Below are positions 13,252 through 27,314 of a stretch of DNA of 64,000 nt, in pieces. Within the stretch, counting starts at the first letter, position 1, and each line of letters begins with the position of its first letter. The notes under the pieces were generated by a model. The model was not told where the DNA came from. It was given only the letters and a program-made list of their open reading frames with translations, and searched no databases. The stretch spans positions 13,721 to 77,720 of the forward strand of contig NW_021831843.1 of assembly GCF_006345805.1 (NCBI RefSeq), written 5' to 3'. A program made the translations under genes and the position numbers. The stretch comes from Octopus sinensis (Eukaryota).

Positions 13252-14938
13252 TCTGTTTATATGTATAAAGTTCCTGGCATGGCTAAGTGGATACAAGATT
13301 TCCGTTGCAATCATGGTTTATTCTGTTTGGTCTGGAAGTTATCACTTACAACAACCTTAGTTGGATCCTCACACAATACTCCTGGGTGACCTTATATAGC
13401 CCGAGACTAGGTATGCCCAGTGGACAACATTGTCGGGGAAATAGGACATGAGGATATTATGAAATATATACTAATGTTAGGAATATAGAGTCACGTAAAT
13501 CATTAACTAATGAGCATATAGATCGATTGATCGAAAAGTTCGTTTGCTCATCTTTGAAACCGAAGAGAATCCATGCCACTGCTAAGTCTATGTAGATGAA
13601 TCTACAGTACAGTTTTTTTATCACTATATACCACACAGACACATACACACATAACATCCACACACACACACACACACACGCTATATATATATATATATAT
13701 ATATATAGGTATATTATAATATAATATATATATATATATATATATAATATATATATTATATTATAACATATATAAACACACACACATATATATGTATGTG
13801 TGTATATATATATATATATAATATATATATATATATAACTCAAACATATATATATACACACATATATGTATGTGTATATATGGTGTATATTTATGTATAG
13901 GCAGAGATAGATAGATAACTACATAGATAGAGAGAGATAGAGATAAGCAGACAGGCAGATACACAGACAGACATACAGACAAAGATACGGCTAGTGAGTG
14001 ACAGACGTACATGGAGGTAAACAGAGAGAGACAGAGACAGAGAGAGATAGAGAGAGACAGAGAGAAAACGATAAATAGAAACACTGATACTCCTCTATGT
14101 GTTTATACATTTACATCCGTCTGTTCTGAGTTAATGTTTGTGCCTGTGTTTGTGTGCGTCTGAGTGTTATTGTGAAAGTGAAAGTGAAACTGAAAGACTA
14201 GCTATCCTATACACATAAACAGTTGAAGAAATAATATTCCTGCTTAAGATACAACAGACAGGATATAACATACTTGCTTCAATAGTTATGAAATACTTCG
14301 CTTGATATGGCAAGACAGGATATATAGCAATATAAATGGTGCAGAAAAGATATATCTGGTTGAAAATGCATTTATGATATATTGATTTCGGTGATGTAAG
14401 CAATGATATCGAATATTTCATAGAGTTGACGTGAATATGTCGATTTGCACATGATATAAATAAGATACTACATTCCACGATAATGCTTATTGGATCTAGC
14501 GAGAAGTGAGCGAGTACATGTCACGATGATAAAGGTTTGCTTTCATTAGACATAACCACATGTAACACTTATGGAATATATTATTACGCGTACACACGTA
14601 CACGCGCGTATACACACACACACACACACACATGTACACACACATACACACACACATGTATATATAATACTTTTCTTTATGCTAAGAGAAGTACATACAT
14701 GATTACTTGTGCCTCTCTCTGTGTGTCTCTTTCTGTGTGTATGTTCGTAGGTACACATAAACATGTGTCTGTGTTTATACATGTATGTATGCATGCATGT
14801 CTGCGTGTGTGAGAGATAGTGTGTATGTGTGCGTGTGTGTCTGTATATATATATATATATTTGAAATGTACTGAAAAGGGAGAGACGAAGACAGATAGAT
14901 AGATAGACAGATATACAGACACATAGATAGATAGATAT

Positions 14939-14994
<56 letters not shown>

Positions 14995-15370
14995 ATAAAT
15001 AAATACAGATGTCGTGAGACAGCGGCAGATGTATGCAAATTAAGTTTGTTCATTGCAGTAATTAATTCATGTTTTTATATTTATTGAATATTCTGTACCA
15101 CTGGACAAGATGATCGCTTACGTGTCCTCCGATGGGCTGTTGAACAAACGGCAAAACGATCCAATATGATTTGTCCCATACATTAATCCACACACCAAAA
15201 GTATAAAAGAAATGGGTTTACATTCATATAATTTCCTAATACAGCTCAGGTTAGCTACTATTTCAACTATTTCAGTTCTTCGGAAATTAGGACTGCGCAA
15301 TCAGAAGCATCTTGAACACAAGGTCGTATATAAGTATCAACTTCTTTCTACTTATCTATCTATCTATCCT

Positions 15371-15555
15371 GTCGCCATGATAGATCGTTAGCCACTACAC
15401 ACATTTTATTCTCTCCTTGTTTTTTCTGTGTCCCTTTCTGTAAAAGAGCGTAGGCTCGAAACGTAAGAGACTTTTTCTATTCCTGAGCGTTATACTAATA
15501 CATCTGTTTGTTTTGTACACCACCTGTCTTCGTATTTATTTTCGCAAACTCTCCC
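15371..15555 (+). mobile_element. Short Penelope-like/retrozyme-like element, copy 1
   Basis: Colinear with 36351-36545: GTCGCCATG..GATCG.TA start, hammerhead-like core, then CTAATACA..ACCACCTGTCTTCGT tail. Flanked by TATC repeats. Confidence 0.7.
15434..15469 (+). ncRNA. Degenerate minimal type-I hammerhead ribozyme motif
   Basis: CTTT-CTGTAAA-A-GAGC-GTAG-GCTC-GAA-ACGT-A-AGAG. Helix II and the GAAAC/GUA half are intact; the CUGANGA box is mutated. Confidence 0.5.
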
Positions 15556-15557
15556 TA

Positions 15558-15614
<57 letters not shown>

Positions 15615-15615
15615 G

Positions 15616-15681
<66 letters not shown>
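15556..15681. repeat. (TATC)n microsatellite
   Basis: About 31 near-perfect TATC units. Confidence 0.97.
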
Positions 15682-15720
15682 GAATTATTTCGTAAGGCAA
15701 GTGTCTGTCTGTCTGTCCAT

Positions 15721-15940
15721 TTAACTTGCATAAAGACGAAATCCGGCAGACGGCTCGCTAAACGTTTGTAATTTAGGCGTAATAGCCGCGAACCAATGAG
15801 GTCTACCGGCACGGAAATTTTCGCGAACACGCATGAAAAGTGGTGTAGCCTCTCACCCAAAGGATTTTGCCTACGCAGCAGCATCGGTTTTGGCGAGAAA
15901 AATAACGTCGTACACTTTTTGAACGCATCTCGTGTATTTG
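15721..15940. promoter_or_regulatory. CpG-rich non-repetitive patch with CCAAT and E2F-like words
   Basis: About 20 CpG in ~215 bp by hand count; CCAAT 15793-97, TTTTCGCG 15818-25, TTTTGGCG 15888-95. Function is inferred only. Confidence 0.25.
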
Positions 15941-16122
15941 TACATATAACATTTTCTTGTATATGTAAGTGTGTACCAACATCACTCGACATCTTTGTTG
16001 AACAGAATCTCAGTTTCAGGTATGATAAGAAACAGCATGAATAGCACCAATACGTAACAATAGATAATACATAAGCAAGGTGCTTTGACCACCGAAGAAA
16101 CTACAGCCCTAGACATTAGGAA

Positions 16123-16527
16123 GCGGTGACAGTGCGTCCCCAAAACCCATCCCCTCCTCACCGTGGTAGTGACGCTGACAACGGGTAGTGTCAGACCTAT
16201 GCCGTCGGTAACTTCGGTTCCTGGTAGGGCCACCCAAGGCGGATTGGTCTGACACCGAGTGGTATTAGGGCCACAACCCGGCTGACGGGGCTCTAGTGAA
16301 AATCCTCGGAGAGTCTGTTTCGGCAACCGGCGGCTCCTCGGTCGTTCTGTCCCTGCGTCTTCGGACAATCTGCGGCAAACAGGATGTCTCTACATGCAGG
16401 ATTGTTGGGGACCGCTTGTGAAATCCACATATTCCCACTGCCATGGTTCGAGATGCCTCGAGGGTGGTAGAAGAAGCCGACTCAACCCGCCCAGGGTGAA
16501 TGTCGCCACAAGTACAAGTAAGTACAG
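16123..16527 (+). mobile_element. Short internally deleted RTE/BovB-like retroelement (5'UTR joined to ORF2 C-terminus and AAGT-type tail)
   Basis: CCTATGCCGTCGG...GGTAGGGCCACCCAAGGCGGATTGGTC (16196-16249) resembles the BovB 5'UTR CCATGCCGTGCAGGGCCACCCAAGACGGAC. 16440-16499 translates AMVRDASRVVEEADSTRPG*, similar to RTE ORF2 ends (DR..WR..V). Tail CAAGTACAAGTAAGTAC. Confidence 0.6.
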
Positions 16528-17494
16528 TGTTTAAATGCCGAGTGATTTTTTATCGTGCCGTGTTGACAATATATCTACCTAATATTTCTTTCGTTTGTTG
16601 GCGTGCAGAGGAGTGATGACATGAAAGGGCCCCGGTCAAATCCAATGCAGTAAGACAGAAGGGTTTCAATAACAACAAAAACCAATAATAACAATCAAGG
16701 ATTAACAAAAAAAAAATTGAAAAAAAAAAAACCAGCAACAACATCAGAATCAACAAGAGGAGCTATAACAAGTCTATGAACGCCGATATGGGAAAAAAAA
16801 GAAAACGAAACTAAGAGAAAACAAAATGGCGGCTTGTACTTAAAAATAATCGATAATGACCAATGACGCATTTCGTTTTTCTTTGTTGATATTTTATTGT
16901 TCCTTTTTTTGTTGTTTTTTGTGTTGTTTTTATAGAAGTACTATTGACCCGGTTCTCGACGTAGATGTACCATTTATTAATTATATACTGATATAAGCTA
17001 TCGGCTGGTTGAATTTACAAATGTAACGTGAACAAAGGATTCACAAGCGTGAGGAGAAGACAAACAAAATTCAACAAAGAAAAAGTAACAGATAAAAGAA
17101 AACAAATAGTGTATAAATAAAATATATATATATAAAAAAAAATGAAATGGTGGCGGTGGCGGTGGTGGTAGCGGTGGTGGTGATGGTAGTGTTTGTCGTC
17201 GCAGTGGAGCTGGTGGTGATTTTGGGAGCGACGTTGGCGGTGGCAGAGCTAGTGGTGGGGGTGATGAAAGGGAGACAGTGAAGGTGAGGAAAGTGTGGGG
17301 AAAATCGAACGGCTTGATCAAGCAGATTATAAAAATCAACGAAGTAGTGTGTGTGTGTATGATTGTACACACCTTAACGCACGCATAAGTCTATGCTTTT
17401 ATGTATGCGCGTATGCGTAAATATACAACGTATGTGTATGTCTGAGTTTGTGTATATATGTATATATATAAATAGCTATCTATCTATCTATCTA

Positions 17495-17540
<46 letters not shown>

Positions 17541-18491
17541 TACATATACATATATATACACATAGACATATATACATATACATAAATATACACACACACA
17601 CACATATGTGTGTGTATGTGTGTATTCTTTTATATTTCACTATTCGACGTTATGGATCCAATCAATCAATCAGCAGGTGGAACTACGGCCAAAGATACAC
17701 GTATCGATAGGCGTATCGATCTTTTCTTGTTCATTATTTTGATGAAGCAAAAAGCAAACGTAAACATATGTATATGTAAATATATATCTATATATGTGCG
17801 TGTGTGTATATTTAAGTGTATGCGTGTATGTCTGTAGAGTAAGGTAAAAAATATAACATGGTAAAAAAGACTTTTCTACCTTTCTCTGTGCACTATTTTT
17901 TCCTTAATCGCTTCAATAATGACAAAATAATCAACAATGCCTCCACCCCATCCTTCACTTCTATTCCTCCTCCTCCTTCTCCTGCTTATCCTCATCATCA
18001 TCATCACAATTTGGTTCTTAATCATGATCCTCATTACCATCCTTACCAACATCTTGAATAATATTGTGCATCTCAGCGGCGTGCAATTATCATCATATTT
18101 ATCAGCATTATTAACACTAAATTCTCTTCTCACTATCAGTACCAAATAATAATGGTAATAATCAGAGCAGCAGTGAAATTCTTAAATTCATTCTAAGGAT
18201 GATGAGGGTAGATATGATGATAATAACTGTGATCCGTATTTTTTTTCATATCATCATCATCATCATCATATTTCATATCCGTGAATAGCATCATGATTCT
18301 TGTATAAAATCTGTGATCAGTAACTATCGTCATAACGATCCCATACTTATTTTTTGTTCCTTTTCATCCATGTCCTAACCATGTATCACTTTATGACAGA
18401 AGAGCATAAGGAAAGGGTGACAAATCGTAATACTTGATATATGTATGTGTGTGTATATTTATATACATGTATGTATATTATGTATATATAT

Positions 18492-18686
18492 ATATTCATA
18501 TTTTAAAATAGTGTACATTTAAACACAAAAGAAAACTACCCAACCCATTAACACGTAATTTTTACATGCTAGAAATAGCAGCCAACACGGCCAAAACAAC
18601 GATTTAATAGCAAGCATGTAAAAATTAGTTTTTAAAGGGTAGTTTTCTTTTGTGTTTAAATATACACCATTTTAAAATATGAATAT
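18492..18686. repeat. 195-bp foldback (inverted repeat)
   Basis: Outer arms 18492-18541 / 18637-18686 pair 48/50; inner arms 18556-18570 / 18613-18627 pair 15/15; 42-nt loop. Confidence 0.95.
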
Positions 18687-18792
18687 GTTGTCTATTGACT
18701 ATTTATACATGCTAGGCCACTGGTAGTGATATTTCTAACGAATATTCGCTACCCTATATTTGTATCTTATGTATATATATATGTTTATATAC

Positions 18793-18836
<44 letters not shown>

Positions 18837-20874
18837 TATATACACTGACACACATATACACACGCTTACTCATACACATATATGTAAACACATACATATA
18901 CGTACATATACATATATAATATACAAACATGGGACGCACTCACAGAATACTCGGAGTTTCCTTGGAAGCCATTGGGTTGAAGCCGTCCGAATTCCAATTC
19001 GAAATCGATCAAAATTATACTCGTGGTTTGACCGGAAACTTCGAGTACTGAAGGTGAATATTCTGTGGTAGTTTACTACCTTAAATATATTTCCCTATTT
19101 TAATGATATTGTGACCTATTTCTTTGTTTTTAAGCAGGTGGTGGTGCTGGTGGTGATGTGTGTGCGTGTGAGTGTGTTTGTTTGTGTGTGTGTGCATACA
19201 CACATGTATACACTACTGGTTAATGTATATTTTACATGAGAAACAATGTTCTGAATTATAGACCGAGGTGACTGAAGAAGTAGGGGACCTATTGTCCATC
19301 ATATAAGATCTCACTGCAATTATATATTGGCGAGCGTACTCCTTGGTAAACCTTAGACAATCTGAAGTCAAGCCGCAACAACAGCAAAGAGATGTTCATT
19401 AGACTTCTTGCAATGAGTATCATATTTCTTTCCAAATCATGCGTTGAATTCTTTAAATACGACTTGTTTTAGAATGTATTCCGAGGTACACTATGCCCAA
19501 AGAATTTGATATTACTACTTGACCAGGGCATGTCAGGGTCATAATAGATATACCAATAGCAACACCAACAGAATTAGCAGCTGCAGCCATTGCATTATCA
19601 GTGTATCTGTATAATTTTACTGATTCATTCAGCTTATTTTTACATAGCTTGCGAACATCGTAGATATGATATTGTTCTATTATTCTCTGCATGGTTGTTT
19701 TATTCCAGTATTTTATTATTCGCGGTGATTGTGGTTATTTGAGTGTGGGATACGTCACCGTCATCCAATAATGTAGACATACTTTGTCACATTATCTTAT
19801 TCCATGATAATCTGACGACCATGACTTTGCTAGACGAAGCCATCTTCGTGAGGGATTAGACGTTCTGGAACAGCTGTTAAGGCGCGGCCAAACTGACGCG
19901 TTGACTTACTATCGTGAATAGTTTTAATGTTTCTCTCCTTCTCTCTCTGTCTCCCCCTACCTTTCTCTCTGGGTTTATATGCATGAGCGACGAGTTATGT
20001 TTGCATGTACGCGTAGTGTGTCTCTTCTCTCACACACTGTCTACCTTTATAGATATTCCTTAGCACACATGCGTACGTGTTTGTGTGTATGTGTGTGTCT
20101 GCGCGCGTGTGTGGTGAGGTGTTTGAGTGTGTCTGTCTATACCTGTGTGTGTTTATTTCCAGTATAAAAAAAGTACTGTCACGAAAACAGGCTAAATGTC
20201 CACTCAGCCTCGGCAAATCGTTCGTGACGAAGCGGCCATGCCCAGTGGTCTCACTCCAACCGTTATAAATATATGTAGTCTTCCATACATGTATGTATAC
20301 CTGAACATATATATATATATATATATATATCACGGATGGCTAGTGAAGCGTCGCTTTGTTCCTCCACTTGTATATCTCACTCGTTGTTTTACCAAGCCCA
20401 TATATATATATATCTTTCTAAATCTATCTAAATATATATGTTTTCGTGAAAGTCTGTGGGTATGTATATCACATCGTCATTCATGTATTGATTTCTATAG
20501 TTTCATTTCTGTATGTATGTATATATAAACACATGTACATGCAACAGGTATTGATATGAAGCAATAAAACAAAATTACCCATCACTTACCAAGAAGGTGA
20601 ACAAAAATTATTAATAAAATAAAAGAACAAAAATTTACATAACTGTAACAAATACATAAATAAATAATATCTTGTTATCAACGATATGTCGTTTTTCTCT
20701 CTTCTGCGGCTTCATTCTGCATGGGTTACTGGGCCATGCAGAAAACAATTTTATAACTACCGAATGACGCGGTTCTCGTGTTTTATATATACTCATATGT
20801 ATTTATGTATATATGCATGTATTTGTGTGTGCATGTGTGTATGTATATGAGAAAGAGAGAGAGAGAGAGAGAGA

Positions 20875-20942
20875 GAGATAGTGGGAGGGATATTGGTAGA
20901 CAGATAGACAGACAGACAGATATATATATATATATATATTAT

Positions 20943-20988
<46 letters not shown>

Positions 20989-21002
20989 TGATTGATAGAT
21001 AA

Positions 21003-21072
<70 letters not shown>

Positions 21073-21100
21073 GGATGGATAGATAAATAGATACATAGAC

Positions 21101-21194
<94 letters not shown>

Positions 21195-21225
21195 ATTGAT
21201 TGATTGATTGATAGACAGACAGACA
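20875..21225. repeat. Compound (GATA)n/(GA)n/(GATT)n/(GACA)n microsatellite
   Basis: Direct reading. Confidence 0.95.
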
Positions 21226-22000
21226 TAGAATGAAATGTCCATTGTATTATAATGACGGTTCTGAAATCTTCGGAAGGCAAACATAAAGAAGACAGATAAA
21301 AGCGTAGATAAATGCATATTCTAATTACTGTTTCATTTTTAAGTCCTGTAATACTGGTTGTGTGAGAGGGAGTGATGGGAATATCTATTGAATACTTCAT
21401 ATGCCCAAACATTTTCGACTTTATTCTGGTAAAAGACACTCTATTTTCATAATCTACACACTGAAAAGTTTGTGCTTAGCATTGTAGGGCAATGATTCAT
21501 TAAAAAATGTTTTACAGGCGATCTATTACAATTTGTTGCATGGTCGGGGTGTCGGCCATGTTTATGGGCAAAGGAAGAACACGTCAGAAGGAAGTTGAAG
21601 TCTAGAGTTTTCAGCGGACTATATAATTACCTTATATATGAATATATCTAACTGTGTATGTATGTATGTATGTATGTATGTATGTATGTATCTATGTGTG
21701 TGTGTATATACATATAACAGAACCAGCGCTAGTGTAATAAGCATTTTTGACCAGACATACTTCACGCACACCCCAGGAGTGTTCGCCGGTACGCTGAGAT
21801 AAGGTTGCTGCGCTTCGAGGGAGTAATCTCCACCACAATAGCCCGCAGCCTACCGGCAAAGACACATGGGTAGCATGCATTAAGTTTCTGTGTTCGATAA
21901 CGTTATATATATATACATATATATATATGAATTTATATATACATACATACATATATATAAATTCATATATACATACATACATACATACATATATATATAC

Positions 22001-22068
<68 letters not shown>

Positions 22069-22133
22069 TATATATACAGAGGGAGAGAGTGTGAGAGAAA
22101 GAGAGAGACTCAGAAAGAGAAAGACGCAGGCAG

Positions 22134-22196
<63 letters not shown>

Positions 22197-22209
22197 GAGA
22201 GAGAGAGAG

Positions 22210-22291
<82 letters not shown>

Positions 22292-22454
22292 TGTATATTA
22301 GCGTGGACAATTTTTCATCACTGTAAGCAAACAATCAGTGTGGCAACCTAACGGCTACAATATTGGCTGCTGATATCTCCAAGCCGACATTATGAATACA
22401 TCCCTTTTTCCTCATTCTCAGAAGAAAAAAAAATCATATCTATGGCATTGAATT

Positions 22455-22650
22455 CATATTTTGCCACAAATCCAGTGAGATCAAGGGAAGGAATGCGTCC
22501 ATTACATCGACTCCAGTGTTCAGCTGGTACCTATTTTATCGATACCAAAAGTATGAAATATAAAGTCGACCTTAGTGGAATTTGAACTCAGAAGTAAGGA
22601 CGGATAAAATGCCGTAAGCATTTTGACCGGTATTCTAACGAATCAGCCAT
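22455..22650 (-). mobile_element. SINE family A, older copy
   Basis: ATTACATCGACTCCAGTG..CTGGTAC.TATTTTATCGA..AAAGTCGACCT..GGAATTTGAACTCAGAA matches the reverse complement of the 27102 copy. Confidence 0.75.
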
Positions 22651-23265
22651 GGCTAAGATATTACTAGCACATAGCATCCCAATTTTCATCACATTCAGTT
22701 AGAATTAAGGATCTGGATCCGCCCATATGTAAGGAAAGTTGATGGACAGGATACAAATTTACAATCGTCCGTTAACTTTTCAATTTGCGCATCTTCCATC
22801 TTTTCCGTATATGAAATTATATGGATTAGAATGAACAATAAAGATGTAGCAATAATTGTGTTTAAATTCTAAGATTCTTATGACTGGCATCAAGTATGAG
22901 GCAAAAATGACAACACATAACGTGTAATGTTATAATAATAATAATGAAATAACAATAGTTAGTGCCATGCAATGTAATTCAATGATTAGCCTCAAAGCAC
23001 CCAATTGTGATATAAAAATCCAAGGTCGCTATTCTCCACAAATGGATGCACATTAAAAAGAAAATTGATCTTGGGCATCAAATTCACATTTTAGATGTCT
23101 AAAATTTGCGAGTGTTGGAAATGTATTTACATTGATTTATTGTCACTAAGACACACACATATACGCACATACGGCGTATATATACATATATATATATATA
23201 TTTACATTGCGTATAGCCGCCCTCGTTATTTTATATTTATATCTATATACCTGTGGCTGTGTGTG

Positions 23266-23307
<42 letters not shown>

Positions 23308-23375
23308 TGGTGTGTGTGTTCAAGATTACCAATGCCATTGAATAAAATAAATAGGAATATATATCCTGAATTATA

Positions 23376-23421
<46 letters not shown>

Positions 23422-26372
23422 TATATATATATACATCAGAATGGAGAGAGAGTGAGAAAGAGTGAGAGGAAGTGAGAGAGAGTGAGAGAGAGAGAGAGAG
23501 AGAGAGAAAGATATGGAGAATGGAAGAAAGTGATAGAAATATATGTATAAAGTCGTGCTTGAACCCAAAGAAATAACACGCTATTCAAAAAGAAAAGTAA
23601 AAAAGTGTTAAATAAAAAACAAAAACAAACTGGAAATAAATATTAGAAAAGAAAAGTGAAAGTTACATGTATACACACTCACACTCACACAAAAGCTTAG
23701 ATTTACAATGTGATCGATATTTATATATAAATATAGTATTAGTGACTAATTATATTGTAAAAAGATATCAGCATCTCAGAAACATATGTTAGTATATAGT
23801 GCTATTGGATTATGAATTATGAAGAGAAGGAGAGGAAATACTGTATAAAATATTAGTAGAAAGCAGAGGTGAATAGAGATGTTATTTGGCGGAGAAGGGA
23901 TGTAAAGTGTTTCCACTAAGAAGGTCCACTTACCAATTTCTTCCAGAATTAATGGATCTGTAATGAAAAGATTCTCGTCATTTACTTTACGTTGAAAGTT
24001 ATTATGATATTGCTTAGAATAATAAAAAATATATTTATATTTATATTTATATAATTGATGGAATAAGTGAGTTATCACGTGAAGTGAACACAATGGGATT
24101 TTTATAAAAAAATATTAATAGGTCAAGGTGAATAAGGATTTGAATGAAATGAAAGTGGTAGACGGATATATGTTTTAGAATTGAGGAGCTATATCAGTGT
24201 AGTTGTGTGTATGTATACACGAGTAGATGAACAAATGAAAAAAAATAGTACTCAACACATTTATTTGTCATTGTAAGCATTTAAAAAGAAATGAACTTAA
24301 GCTCCACATGAAATAAAATTTGTTGGTGCAAATATCCAAAATTATCCCAACCACCACCACCACCACCACCACCGCCGCCGCCGATAGCTCTGGACTTCGG
24401 GAAAGAGGTTACTTGAAGCAGCGAATTCTATATAAGAATTATTTTGAAACTAGTGAGTCACACCTGCCTCAGAAAGTTTCCTACTGGGTAAAAAGATGGC
24501 ATGGGATACACTCGCTTACATTTCAATGAGGAGTTATATCCTAGCGGAGGTTGCTGAACTTGTCGTCCTGAAATCACGAAAAATGCTAACACATTCCAGA
24601 CAGCTCGGACCTTTTGTTAGGAAACTGTTTGGCAATCTCGAGTCATCTGAACAATGAAGCCATGAATAATTTCACAAGATATCACATAAATATCTTCAAA
24701 GCATAAAGTGGTTTATCCCAAATTATATAAGCGAGTTAATGACCAAGTCTGTTCCTTGATTTATTTTTCATGTCGGAGAAGGTATACCCAAATGAATATT
24801 GATCAAATTCTTAGTTGTCTTAAAGTTTATTAAATACGAAACGGTATTGACGCTGATATATTCTAGACAACAGGTTACCCTGAACGATAAGCATGGGTGA
24901 CTTCGAAGTTTCCTTCTCGGCGAGGAGTACACTTGAATAACATCCAGAGCACGTAAAAATGGAGATTACGGAAACGATTATCTATCTATCTATCTATCTA
25001 TCTATCCATCTATCTATCTATCTATCTATCTGATTGTCTGTCATTCTTTCTCAATCAGTCTATCACACTCAATCTATATTTCTTTCCCGCTTGTATATAT
25101 ATATATATGTGTGTGTGTGTGTATAATTTGAAATCATATACATCTTCAAACACACACAGACACACACACAAGTGCTTTTGTAAGTATGTTTACATCCTTT
25201 AAGAAATATAGAATACAGCAAAGCATTTCATCCGGTGCTCAAACAATTTACATATCCTTCCGCCTTGGGCTAATACACAATTTAATACATAGTGAGAAAG
25301 GTGTACATTCAATTAGTGAAATAAACAACAATATCATGTTTACAAGTATACTTCTGACACTGTGAGCTCAAATACACATGTGTGTATATTTGAATGCATA
25401 AAAGAGTTTATATTATTGAGCCATAGTCATATCTTTCACGTAATAGTAATATATTTATATACTCAGTTTGGAATGTAAGCAACATGCGTTGTTTAAGAAA
25501 AAAATAAATGAAGAAAATGTGTAGCAGCTTGTGAATAAATGACAGCACTTCTCTATATACTGTCATTCTGAAGAATGCTATGTGTCTGAAGCGTAATGTT
25601 GTTTCACTTCTGCGTAAATCATACTACTCATATTCTTAAGAACGCTTCCATGTTTTAATCTTTGGCCACGGAATTATTCTGAAAAATGATACGTTTCCGA
25701 AGCGTAACATTCTCTCATTTTGTTTTAGAAACTTTCCCATGTTTAAATTTTTTGTCAATATCGAGAACCGCCATTTTGCGATTTTATTGATTGACATATG
25801 TATATAAATGCCAATGTGTATGAACACACACATACATACAGAGAAAGATATATATATATATATAATGCGCACAAACAAGCACACGCAAACACATAGAGAT
25901 TCTTGTTTTATATAAAGTTCTACGTATATAAAAAAAGAAATTTGATCATTAAACTGAATATCTGAACAACGATTATAGAGGAGTAACGTCTCCTTTAATA
26001 TTTATAAGGAAAATCGTTAACTGTGATTTGAAGTTTCGGTTGAGAGCTGTCATTAGATGTCCTGAATCTTCGAAGTCATGAGCCGTATTACTTCTCTCTC
26101 TCTCTCTCTCTTAATCTTTCTTTCTAGCGATCTATCTCGCGGTCTATCTGTACATAATTATGAATATACATTTATAAGTGTACACAGACATACAGATGTG
26201 TGTGCGTAAGTGTGAAGTAGGTGTGTTTTTGCATGCCTGGTGTGGAGGATTTAAGTTGAGATTATATTTCAAGTAGATATTAGATTGTCTACCAAGTAGG
26301 TCTGACAAACGAAATGTCTCCAGCAGTGTGTAGTGGCACACCACAATAATAGCAATGAGAACAAGAAAAGAC

Positions 26373-26417
<45 letters not shown>

Positions 26418-26437
26418 TAATAATAATAATAATAATG

Positions 26438-26474
<37 letters not shown>

Positions 26475-26480
26475 GAAGAA

Positions 26481-26511
<31 letters not shown>

Positions 26512-26558
26512 AAGAAGAAGAAGAAGAAGAAGAAGAAGAAGAAGAAGAAGAAGAAGAA
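26373..26558. repeat. (TAA)n converting into (GAA)n compound microsatellite
   Basis: TAA run followed in phase by a pure GAA run. Confidence 0.97.
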
Positions 26559-27101
26559 TTTCGGTATTTTCCAGAAAGATATATTAGTTCCTAAAGTTTG
26601 AAAACGAAACGAGTTATAATTTATCTTTGAGTTCTTATGAAATTTTCAAAAATATCTGGTTGTATAAGATTAGCGAGAAAAATAATAATTTATAGGATAT
26701 ATACACGAAGTGTAAAAAGAAATTTGCTGATAGTTTATAAAAACACTTGGAATCAAATGAAGTGTTTGAAACACTAACTGACTTCAAGACTGTTAGGAAA
26801 ATAGTCTTGCTATTGTAAGTCTTGATTAACCAACCACCCTCCCTTTCTTAAAAAGTTGACTCACAAGATATTCACGTAGATATTACACACACACATACAC
26901 AATCACATACACACACATACGCTCGCGCACATGACAAACACACACATTCACGCACATTGACGAGGGGAAATAGGGAAAGAGAGAAAGTCAGTGAAAGCGA
27001 GGGAGAGGAAGTGAGCTTGTGTTAGAGGGAAAATGTAATTCGTAGTGACACCTGTGGGATTCGAATTACGCGCCTCCCATAAACAATATTGCTTTGGTAG
27101 C

Positions 27102-27314
27102 AAGGCAGTCAGCTGGCAGAAACGTTAGCTCGCCGGGCGAAATGCTTAGATGTATTTCGTATGTCTTTACGTTCTGAGTTCAAATACCGCCGAGGTCGAC
27201 TTTGCCTTTCATTCTTTCGGGCACGATAACTTAAATACCAGTTGGTACTGGGGTCGATCTAATCGACTGGCGCCCTCCCCCAAAATTTCGGGCCTTGTGC
27301 ATACAGTAGAAAAG
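27102..27314 (+). mobile_element. Full-length SINE family A with 17-bp target-site duplication
   Basis: A-box-like TGGCAGAAACG and B-box-like GAGTTCAAATACC; TSD AATATTGCTTTGGTAGC at 27085-27101 and 27315-27331. Confidence 0.93.

Noticed and set aside
16123-16200. HDV-like ribozyme at the 5' end of the RTE-like element
   Set aside because: Only a P1-like helix and a hairpin are visible; P2, P3 and the catalytic J4/2 could not be assigned.
19453-19692. 79-aa complex-sequence minus-strand ORF (likewise 33724-34029 +, 101 aa)
   Set aside because: No recognisable domain or flanking splice/Kozak support; the lengths are compatible with chance.
25565-25597. CATT-CTGAAGA...GAAGCGT-AATG hammerhead-like arrangement
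   Set aside because: There is no helix II pairing and GAAA is not intact.
27045-27080. Minus-strand TTCGAATCCCACAGGTGTCAC resembling a tRNA T-arm/acceptor half
   Set aside because: Removing the adjacent SINE does not restore a 5' half or a cloverleaf.
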